Of a stretch of 20,000 nt of DNA, positions 7,535-13,950 are shown piece by piece. The notes under the pieces were generated by a model. That model was given only the letters and a program-made list of their open reading frames with translations, made no database searches and was not told where the DNA came from. Position 1 is the stretch's first letter; each line of letters starts with the position of its first letter. Position numbers and translations under genes: made by a program. Origin of the DNA: an uncultured virus (IMG/VR IMGVR_UViG_3300046003_004339) (lineage: Duplodnaviria > Heunggongvirae > Uroviricota > Caudoviricetes); the IMG/VR virus record IMGVR_UViG_3300046003_004339; one strand, given 5' to 3'.

Positions 7535-8847
7535 ATTTTATCGCTGTTGAAATACATGTCCAAATCACTATAGTATTTTGGATTTTTTAATAGGTTGGCC
7601 ACCACAATTGGTCTGGCGACGTCTTTGTCCGGAAATTCCATTTTCTGCATTTCTTGTCGGAAGCCCGCAAACATTTCATCGGTGGAAAATCTCTTATCCG
7701 TCAAATCGTCGTTGGTTATGGTATCGTAGAGCGAGCTTCCGATCACTGTATTTCCCTGCATATACGTGTATCTACGGCTTGCTGGATAGTCCTTCAATCT
7801 ACGGGAAGTTTGTGGACTCGAATTAGTTCCGGCCCATCCCATTGGAGCCATTGGACCACCGGCCATAGCCCCACCGCCGTATCCACCAGAAGTGCCGACG
7901 TTGTATTCACTCATATTATTTTTATTTGGTTCTCTGTGCATGTTCCCGCGTAAATCCGGTCTGTATGATCGCTTGTCATAGTTACTCTTGAATCCAAATC
8001 TTGAATAGAATTTTTTCAATCTGTCGGTGGATGTTGTTTTCTTGAAAACTTCTGGAGCATTGCGATCTCTCAATCCCGTCGTCAGAGTAATTATCATTCC
8101 ATAATCATCCGCAATGGAAATCAAGTCTTTCATGAATGCTGTTCCTGTTCCAACAGGTGCGGTTTTCAATGCACGAAGATTGCCCAAACTTATACCTTTA
8201 TCATCTACAGAAATCCAGCTTTCCAAATGCTCTCTGTACTTACTTGATAGCGCATCAAGTTCTTTTTTTACACTCGATTCCGATTTTTTAGAATCGTTAT
8301 ATTCACTCATATTCACATAATGATTTTCGTCGCGTTTTCCGTTGCTATATAGGAATGCTTCAAACAGTACTTTTGTACCTTCGAACGTTTTATCTCCCAC
8401 CAACTCGTTGCATGTCCCTTTATTGATATAAGCCAATGTCACGTGCGGATTGTAGTTTGGCCACTTGTAATCGTTTTTGCATGTGCGCTTCAAGCTTTCG
8501 TGTATCATCGTCAAATGTGGGCTCTTCACTTCAATCTTTAATACGTCATATGGTTGGTCCGCATTCTCGAATTTAGATACTATGCCTAATTCTGCCACCA
8601 ATTTGCGCGGTATTTTAGATAAAATATTTTTCGCCTTACTTTCTTCCAAGGAGTCTAATCCATACATTACCGTGACATGTGGATTCTTCTCTTTACCATA
8701 ATCTTCCCCGACAATTTCGTAGACATGCTGCTGCGGGATTTTGTTGATATACTCCATGAGTTTTCCATCTTTTGGTATATCAACCATGACACAGTGACCT
8801 TCGGCCAAAATGTCAGGGTAAAATTCGTAATAGTGAAAATTATCCAT
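7531..8847 (-). CDS. multidomain protein: 2H phosphoesterase (Acb1/T4 gp57B-like) + GNAT-like domain + DUF5661-like C-terminal domain
   Basis: Two HxT motifs (NPHVTVMYG, YNPHVTLAY); GNAT-like GTGTAFMKDLISIADDYGMIITL...RLKKFYSRFGF; C-terminal DEMFAGFRQE...DVARPIVVANLLKNPKYYSDL. Confidence 0.8.
   Translation of the reverse strand: MDNFHYYEFYPDILAEGHCVMVDIPKDGKLMEYINKIPQQHVYEIVGEDYGKEKNPHVTVMYGLDSLEESKAKNILSKIPRKLVAELGIVSKFENADQPYDVLKIEVKSPHLTMIHESLKRTCKNDYKWPNYNPHVTLAYINKGTCNELVGDKTFEGTKVLFEAFLYSNGKRDENHYVNMSEYNDSKKSESSVKKELDALSSKYREHLESWISVDDKGISLGNLRALKTAPVGTGTAFMKDLISIADDYGMIITLTTGLRDRNAPEVFKKTTSTDRLKKFYSRFGFKSNYDKRSYRPDLRGNMHREPNKNNMSEYNVGTSGGYGGGAMAGGPMAPMGWAGTNSSPQTSRRLKDYPASRRYTYMQGNTVIGSSLYDTITNDDLTDKRFSTDEMFAGFRQEMQKMEFPDKDVARPIVVANLLKNPKYYSDLDMYFNSDKI
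7899..8313. repeat. 19-nt direct repeat (18/19 identical) flanking the GNAT module
   Basis: cgttgtattcactcatatt (7899-7917) vs cgttatattcactcatatt (8295-8313); 396 nt apart, in frame; both encode NMSEYN. Confidence 0.9.
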
Positions 8848-9181
8848 GGAGTATTCCTTTTCGTGTTTCCGGAATATATTTTCCGGGTGTTAGATGTTTG
8901 CCTTCGGTTTTTCCTTTTAACATGTTCAACACAGTCCGTGGGTTCATGCCATTGAAATTTACTCCTATAATACCACGCTGTTTGCAGAACGCTTCAAGTT
9001 CCAGCATTTCTTCCTGACTGTACTGTGGAATATCAGGATACCAGTCGAATGGTTGTTCTTCCGAACCTTTATGAAATGTTCTACCTTTCAAAAGCGAATT
9101 TATATCAACCGAACTGACCGACTCAGGTTTTCTGTGAGGCGGTATCATGGAGGTGTTCATCATTGGCCAAGATTCATTCAT
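8840..9181 (-). CDS. hypothetical protein (113 aa), first gene of the putative late operon
   Basis: ATG downstream of TATATTTAT motif; 8-nt overlap with next gene. Confidence 0.8.
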   Translation of the reverse strand: MNESWPMMNTSMIPPHRKPESVSSVDINSLLKGRTFHKGSEEQPFDWYPDIPQYSQEEMLELEAFCKQRGIIGVNFNGMNPRTVLNMLKGKTEGKHLTPGKYIPETRKGILHG

Positions 9182-9195
9182 ATATATATTACTTA

Positions 9196-9205
9196 TATAA
9201 ATATA
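9196..9205. promoter_or_regulatory. TATATTTAT motif (-) overlapping TATAAATA (+) in a 31-nt divergent intergenic gap
   Basis: TATAAATATA at 9196-9205 between divergent starts at 9181 (-) and 9213 (+). Confidence 0.55.
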
Positions 9206-9212
9206 ACTTCAT

Positions 9213-9911
9213 ATGAGAATCCGCACACTATTGACATTTTTTATGGTAATTTGCTCTAACCTATTGGCACAAACCTTCTCGGTCACCAAAGGCAGCGTTG
9301 AATGCCTATTGGCCGAGAATACAGCCATATATCTAGCCGAACATTGGACTTCATCCAAGTTCTTAGAAAATGGCCTCAAATTGAAGCTGGTGGAGCCCTA
9401 TGAATTGAACACGATTGGAAATAGTTCTCGATTGTTGTTGAAATTCAGCAATAATATGCAAGTATACTCCGACGGAAAAACTAGCTTACTCGTGGATAAC
9501 TTTGAACAGTTTATAGAAAAAGATGGTACCAAAAATATCTATGATTTCGTAGGAAACTTTAGACTCAAAGGAAAAGCTGAGTTTATATTAGAAAAACTGA
9601 CCGATCTTGGGTTTTTCTCAGTTCAAACTTCCGGAGCAGATTTGGAAATTAAATCTACTCATTTTTATATAATGACCGACGGAAACTCCACTGTTGTAGA
9701 GTGTTATGAAGGACAAATAACATTCACGGACAGTGTCACATTCAAATCAACCACGCTAAACTCCGGGAATTATGCGGAAGTATATGGTACAGACGGAGAA
9801 AAAAACACCATCATAAAAATATATCCACTTGCGGACATCAACAAAAACAAAATCACAGATCGGTCTCTTGAACGCAAGAAATTGTTAGCTGCCGTAAGTT
9901 CCAAGCCCTAA
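9213..9911 (+). CDS. secreted FecR-like domain protein
   Basis: Signal peptide MRIRTLLTFFMVICSNLLA; FecR-like pattern SRLLLKFSNNMQVYSDGKTSL...KGKAEF...FSVQTSGADLEIKSTHF...TVVECYEGQI. Confidence 0.7.
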   Translation: MRIRTLLTFFMVICSNLLAQTFSVTKGSVECLLAENTAIYLAEHWTSSKFLENGLKLKLVEPYELNTIGNSSRLLLKFSNNMQVYSDGKTSLLVDNFEQFIEKDGTKNIYDFVGNFRLKGKAEFILEKLTDLGFFSVQTSGADLEIKSTHFYIMTDGNSTVVECYEGQITFTDSVTFKSTTLNSGNYAEVYGTDGEKNTIIKIYPLADINKNKITDRSLERKKLLAAVSSKP

Positions 9912-10319
9912 ATGAATCTTATCGGCCTTGGTTAGTATACTTTTTATAAAGAATTTCACAAGTCTGCCCGACATTACGTTTGCCTCGTCTTCTATTTCTC
10001 CGCCAATCTCCGGTACAGGTTGGTCGAGCCTACCATCATAATCCTGCTTCATATGAGTCAATTCATGTGCTATCGTGCGGCAATAGTCTATCAGATGCCT
10101 ATTTGCTATAATCGTAGTTACCGTCTTAGTTTGAGGAGAATACGCACCGGTTGTTATAGGTTCGTTAGGTGCCCCACCTAATAGGCGTATCTTAATGTCC
10201 TTTCCTTCCAGCCCAAGTTCACTCACGGCATGTGTCAAAAACTTGAATAATATGGCAACGGTCTTGGGGTCCAACCGCGGAGAGTTCTTATCCTTCAATA
10301 CCCTTATTTTATTTGCCAT
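9885..10319 (-). CDS. zincin-like metallopeptidase (HExxH)
   Basis: TGAYSP...RTIAHELTHMKQ...EIEDEAN. Start moved from 10385 to ATG 10319 (MANKIRV), just downstream of the TATATTTAT motif and clear of the guaC promoter. Confidence 0.85.
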   Translation of the reverse strand: MANKIRVLKDKNSPRLDPKTVAILFKFLTHAVSELGLEGKDIKIRLLGGAPNEPITTGAYSPQTKTVTTIIANRHLIDYCRTIAHELTHMKQDYDGRLDQPVPEIGGEIEDEANVMSGRLVKFFIKSILTKADKIHLGLGTYGS

Positions 10320-10324
10320 ATGTA

Positions 10325-10333
10325 ATAAATATA
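10325..10333 (-). promoter_or_regulatory. TATATTTAT motif (putative phage late promoter)
   Basis: ATATATTTATTACAT-ATG; 5 nt before the 10319 start. Confidence 0.6.
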
Positions 10334-10349
10334 TGGCACTTATTACAAA

Positions 10350-10377
10350 TTGACATCTTTTTGAATTAGAATACCAT
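10350..10377 (+). promoter_or_regulatory. sigma70-like promoter of guaC (near-leaderless transcript)
   Basis: TTGACA (10350-10355), 16-nt spacer, TACCAT (10372-10377); ATG at 10386. Confidence 0.6.
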
Positions 10378-10385
10378 GAATCCAT

Positions 10386-11378
10386 ATGTCAAAAACCTAT
10401 TATTCATATCAAGATATTTGTCTTATTCCAAAATATAGCAAGTATCATTCTCGTTCCGAAGCAGACACTTCTGTAAAATTCGGAAAGAAAATATTCAAGT
10501 TGCCTGTTATGCCAGCCAACATGAAATGTACCATTGACCAAAAACTGGCGGGTTGGATGAGCGAAAATGACTATTTTTATGTTATGCATCGTTTCAATGC
10601 CAATACAAATGATGCGGCCAACACAGATAATAAAAAGTTTATTGAAATTGCCAACAAAGATGGTTGGAAGAACATTAGTATAAGTCTTGGAGTCAAGGAT
10701 GAAGATATGCAGTTGATTGAACATTGCATCAAAAACAATCTTCGCATTGATTATATCACAATAGACATTGCACATGCTCATAGCGTTCGTATGCAAGAAA
10801 TGCTGGCATATCTAAACAGAATGTATCGCAGCGATATTTGCAAAGTTGAGCGTCCATTTATTATTGCTGGTAATGTTGCATCTCCGGTGGCGGTTGTTGA
10901 TTTGGAGAATTGGGGTGCCGACGCAACCAAGGTTGGAATTGCTCAAGGAGACGCTTGTACCACATATGGTCAAACTGGGTTTGGTGTTCCTATGTTCACT
11001 TGTATTCAAGAATGTGCCCGAGTTGCCAAAAGACCCATTATTGCAGATGGCGGCATTCGCATGAATGGAGATTTTGCTAAAGCAATTGTGGCGGGTGGAA
11101 CTATGGTTATGGCAGGCAGCATCTTTGCTGCGTGTATTGATTCTCCAGCCGACACTGTAATAAGAGGATATGCTGCCACAACATATAAAACATATTACGG
11201 CAGTGCTTCAGCAAAGAACAAAGGAGCGAATGTTCATGTCGAAGGTCGCATTGTTGAGCTTGAATGCAACAAGATGACATACTCTGAGAAGTTGAAGGAG
11301 ATTGAAGAAAGTCTACAAAGCAGCATATCTTATGCTGGCGGCGATCTGAAGAATGTACAGAGCGGAACAAAAATCTAA
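10386..11378 (+). CDS. guaC: GMP reductase (short, CBS-less type)
   Basis: YQDICLIP, SRSEADTSV, LPVMPANM, FYVMHRF, YITIDIAHAHS, IIAGNV, DATKVGI, catalytic loop GDACTT..QTGFG, PIIADGGIR..GDFAKA, YYGSAS, LQSSISYAGG. Confidence 0.93.
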   Translation: MSKTYYSYQDICLIPKYSKYHSRSEADTSVKFGKKIFKLPVMPANMKCTIDQKLAGWMSENDYFYVMHRFNANTNDAANTDNKKFIEIANKDGWKNISISLGVKDEDMQLIEHCIKNNLRIDYITIDIAHAHSVRMQEMLAYLNRMYRSDICKVERPFIIAGNVASPVAVVDLENWGADATKVGIAQGDACTTYGQTGFGVPMFTCIQECARVAKRPIIADGGIRMNGDFAKAIVAGGTMVMAGSIFAACIDSPADTVIRGYAATTYKTYYGSASAKNKGANVHVEGRIVELECNKMTYSEKLKEIEESLQSSISYAGGDLKNVQSGTKI

Positions 11379-11554
11379 CTCATCAACTCTCTCAAGAATA
11401 TCAAATGGTGTTGACCCTCATAACGGGACAGGTAATAACAAAATGTTACCACCGTATGAGGGTCTTCTTTTAGCAAAAATTCGCGCAATGATTGATATTG
11501 TTCATCTCTGAACATATCTAAATATCGCACGCACTTATTATCAACAGTTTCCAT
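11375..11554 (-). CDS. small hypothetical protein (59 aa), below ORF-track cutoff
   Basis: Manual translation METVDNKCVRYLDMFRDEQYQSLREFLLKEDPHTVVTFCYYLSRYEGQHHLIFLRELMS*; fills the gap, stop overlaps the guaC stop. Confidence 0.55.
   Translation of the reverse strand: METVDNKCVRYLDMFRDEQYQSLREFLLKEDPHTVVTFCYYLSRYEGQHHLIFLRELMS
11413..11471 (+). terminator. long imperfect hairpin with U-rich tail downstream of guaC
   Basis: GACCCTCATA (11413-11422) / TATGAGGGTC (11455-11464) perfect 10-bp arms with additional inner pairing, followed by TTCTTTT. Confidence 0.5.
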
Positions 11555-11560
11555 AAAATA

Positions 11561-11594
11561 AAAAAAGACGACGATATTACTCGTCGTCTTTTTT
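11561..11594. terminator. bidirectional intrinsic terminator
   Basis: AAAAAAGACGACGA-tattac-TCGTCGTCTTTTTT: perfect 14-bp inverted repeat with T tracts on both strands, where guaC and the minus-strand block converge. Confidence 0.85.
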
Positions 11595-11732
11595 GGAATT
11601 GTTGTCTTTAGACTTTATGTTCTTTTTATTCTTGGGACGAAACTTCTCAAATTTCTCCGTATCTATTTCTTCTAACTTTTCAATGTCTAAGTGTGAATAG
11701 TCTTCTTTGTATCTATCGTGATTTTTACTCAT
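11577..11732 (-). CDS. small highly charged protein (51 aa)
   Basis: Likely start MSKNHDRY at 11732 rather than 11867; preceded by TATATTTAT motif; stop codon lies in the terminator loop. Confidence 0.7.
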   Translation of the reverse strand: MSKNHDRYKEDYSHLDIEKLEEIDTEKFEKFRPKNKKNIKSKDNNSKKDDE

Positions 11733-11740
11733 ATCACATA

Positions 11741-11749
11741 ATAAATATA
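11741..11749 (-). promoter_or_regulatory. TATATTTAT motif (putative phage late promoter)
   Basis: ATATATTTATTATGTGAT-ATG; 8 nt before the 11732 start. Confidence 0.6.
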
Positions 11750-11751
11750 TG

Positions 11752-12045
11752 TTAAGATTTATTTTCTTCTCGTGGTCGGCATAATGGTTGTGTACCAATA
11801 AAATCTTCAATAGAGAGTTTCGCAAATACTCGATCAACCATTGGCATAATAATCTTAGAAAAATCAAACGGATTTGTTTTCTTATTCTTTTGATTCGGTG
11901 GTCGTCTCCATCCTTCCCACACCACCGTCTTTCCAGATGGTGATACTCTACCCCAGCCTTTTATGGTGTCATGAACAAAACGGTCCTTGTGTGTAGAACA
12001 CACAAAGAACGTATTACCATTTATCTTTTCTCTAAATTTCTTCAT
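11752..12045 (-). CDS. 97-aa protein with C-terminal segment resembling the Gol region of T4-type major capsid proteins
   Basis: ATGA overlap with dut; contains IIMPMVDRVFAKLSIEDFIGTQPLCRP. Confidence 0.75.
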   Translation of the reverse strand: MKKFREKINGNTFFVCSTHKDRFVHDTIKGWGRVSPSGKTVVWEGWRRPPNQKNKKTNPFDFSKIIMPMVDRVFAKLSIEDFIGTQPLCRPREENKS

Positions 12046-12674
12046 ACAAAAAATTTATCCAACACTTGACCGGATGAATCTACTACACAAATTCCCGGTA
12101 TACCTTTTTCTGTACAACTATATATTTCTCCATCATGTCGCATCAGTCTAAATGATGCATTTGCCCACATATCTGTTGGAAGACCCTTTTCGATGGTGGT
12201 CTTTTGTCCCAGCTTGAATCCTTCGTCTCTTCTTGTGGGAGCTTGGCGATGCGGTTTGTCTGTGCTGCCAAACCCGCCGATCCCTCTATTTGTCTCATCA
12301 AGATCGTTTGCTTCAATAAAATCACATCTCGTGTAATTTTCAAAAATCATTTGAGCAATTTTGTCTCCGATGTTTATCTGCTTATCTTCGTCACCAAGGT
12401 TTATGAGTATAACGCCTATTTCTCCTCTATAATCTTCATCAATTACTCCCGCCATAACATCAATACCGTGTTTATATGCCAATCCGCTACGCGGGGCAAT
12501 TCTTCCGTATAATCCACTTGGAATTGCCATATACAACCCCGTTTTGAATAATTTTCTTTCTCTTGGGCGTAATGTATAGTTTTCAGTAGAAGACAGATCA
12601 CATCCAGCGGACTTGTTATTCCACGTTGGTATTACTCCACCATTAACTGTTTTTATTTGTATTTTTGTATTCAT
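12042..12674 (-). CDS. dut: trimeric dUTPase with 71-aa C-terminal extension
   Basis: Motifs I-V: AGCDL, IAPRSGLA, GVIDEDYRGEI, GDKIAQM, RGIGGFGST. Start set to MNTKIQ (12674). Confidence 0.95.
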   Translation of the reverse strand: MNTKIQIKTVNGGVIPTWNNKSAGCDLSSTENYTLRPRERKLFKTGLYMAIPSGLYGRIAPRSGLAYKHGIDVMAGVIDEDYRGEIGVILINLGDEDKQINIGDKIAQMIFENYTRCDFIEANDLDETNRGIGGFGSTDKPHRQAPTRRDEGFKLGQKTTIEKGLPTDMWANASFRLMRHDGEIYSCTEKGIPGICVVDSSGQVLDKFFV

Positions 12675-13548
12675 AAATAAATTCTTTCCATTGTTTTTCG
12701 TCGTTTTTTCCATAACCGTATTTTTTGTGAAATTGAATGTGTATTTTTCTTGAAACTGTAATTCCATTACTTACATCAAACCTCAAAATTTTGTCATTAT
12801 CCCAACTTCGGATATGATGGGCAACCAATTGACCACCGATTTGGCCGGACACTTGGCACTTGTGGTTATCTCTGAAAAAAATAAGATTTCTCCATTTTTT
12901 ATGGGCATCAGTATTCCATCTTCTTTTTCCAAGTTCTCTTTCTTTGCTGGATATTTCCCGTTTCCATCTAGGATGGTTTTCTTTTTTCATTTCATTTATC
13001 AAACAACCGCAACTCTTTGTGTTTCCAGATATGAGAGAAGCGGACCTAATACTCGCAACATTTCCGCATTCACATTTACATTTCCAATGAACATATTCTA
13101 GATCGTCTTTCTGATTATCATCCAATTCAATTACAAGAAGTCGCCCAAATTTATTACCAATTAAATTTTTTGTTCTTGTTTCTTTTATTCGTTTTTTCAA
13201 ATAACAGCCGCAACTTGTGGTGTGTCCGGATTTCAAAGCGTGTGAACTGGTCCGTGTTGTTTTTCCACATTCACACTCGCATTTCCACATTATATCATTT
13301 TTTCTTTTTCCGTCGTATTGTAAAACCGTCAGTTTGTTGAATTTTTTCCCATCCAACCGTTCAAATGTTTTACTACAACCGCAAGATTTATATGTTCCAT
13401 TTTTCAATCTGGCAGAAGTGACACTGAGTGTGTTTCCGCATTCACATTCACATTCCCATAAAATTCCATAATGGTTGCTTCCATTTTTTCGCAAGACCTT
13501 TAACATTCCAAATTTCATGTTAGATAAATCATTCATATGCTCGCTCAT
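12643..13548 (-). mobile_element. free-standing HNH homing endonuclease with three Cys-rich N-terminal repeats
   Basis: Three units L.G.KF..L.V...W.C.CECG......L..G...SCGC, then HNH domain WRNLIFFRDNHKCQ...LVAHHI...NGITV...H..FH; 3' end overlaps dut start by 32 nt. Confidence 0.88.
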
Positions 13549-13562
13549 ATAAATATATGAGC
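13543..13562 (-). promoter_or_regulatory. start-codon-sequestering hairpin containing the TATATTTAT motif
   Basis: Minus strand GCTCATAT-ATTT-ATATGAGC, perfect 8-bp stem; ATG (13548-13546) in the 3' arm; motif at 13549-13557. Confidence 0.7.
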
Positions 13563-13604
13563 AATATTCAAAACATCAAATTTATACTAATTATAATTTA
13601 AATA

Positions 13605-13946
13605 TTAGGAATAGTTGTTATAAAGTTTAAAATTAAATTCGTGTAGAGCATGTGCTTTTTCCGCATCAAACATGATGTCTATGACAGATTGTGTGAAGAA
13701 TGTCTTCATTATATCTTTTATCTTGTCGTGATGAGTTGTTTCGTGCCATTCATAAACATCCATGCCAACCGAAAAATAATCCACACAGTCTTGTATATGT
13801 TTTTCTTTTACCAATTCATTACACATATACTTTCTCACAAACTCTTTTTTGGCATTTTCTTCGTTCTCTGAACCAACAATAGCCATGCAGTATGTTAGTC
13901 CTTCGCCAGTAGCAAAGTGTTCTAAAAAGCAAAAGTATAGTTTCAT
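13605..13946 (-). CDS. hypothetical protein (113 aa)
   Basis: ATG start, tight packing. Confidence 0.8.
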   Translation of the reverse strand: MKLYFCFLEHFATGEGLTYCMAIVGSENEENAKKEFVRKYMCNELVKEKHIQDCVDYFSVGMDVYEWHETTHHDKIKDIMKTFFTQSVIDIMFDAEKAHALHEFNFKLYNNYS

Positions 13947-13950
13947 ATTA

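Noticed and set aside
9231..9260. TTGACA inside the FecR-like gene
   Set aside because: No convincing -10 at 16-18 nt and it lies within coding sequence.
10386..11378. IMP dehydrogenase (guaB) or modified-purine pathway
   Set aside because: Short CBS-less protein with GuaC-type PANM, YVMHRF and DIAH motifs; no purZ or queuosine-pathway genes in the window.
12675..12767. Longer ORF-track starts (dut 12767; also 3077, 10385, 11867, 16191, 17297)
   Set aside because: They create long overlaps or cross promoters; downstream ATGs fit coupling, motifs and family N-termini better.
12042..13548. Possible group I intron or intein in dut
   Set aside because: All five dUTPase motifs are contiguous downstream of the HNH; no upstream exon or splicing motifs seen.
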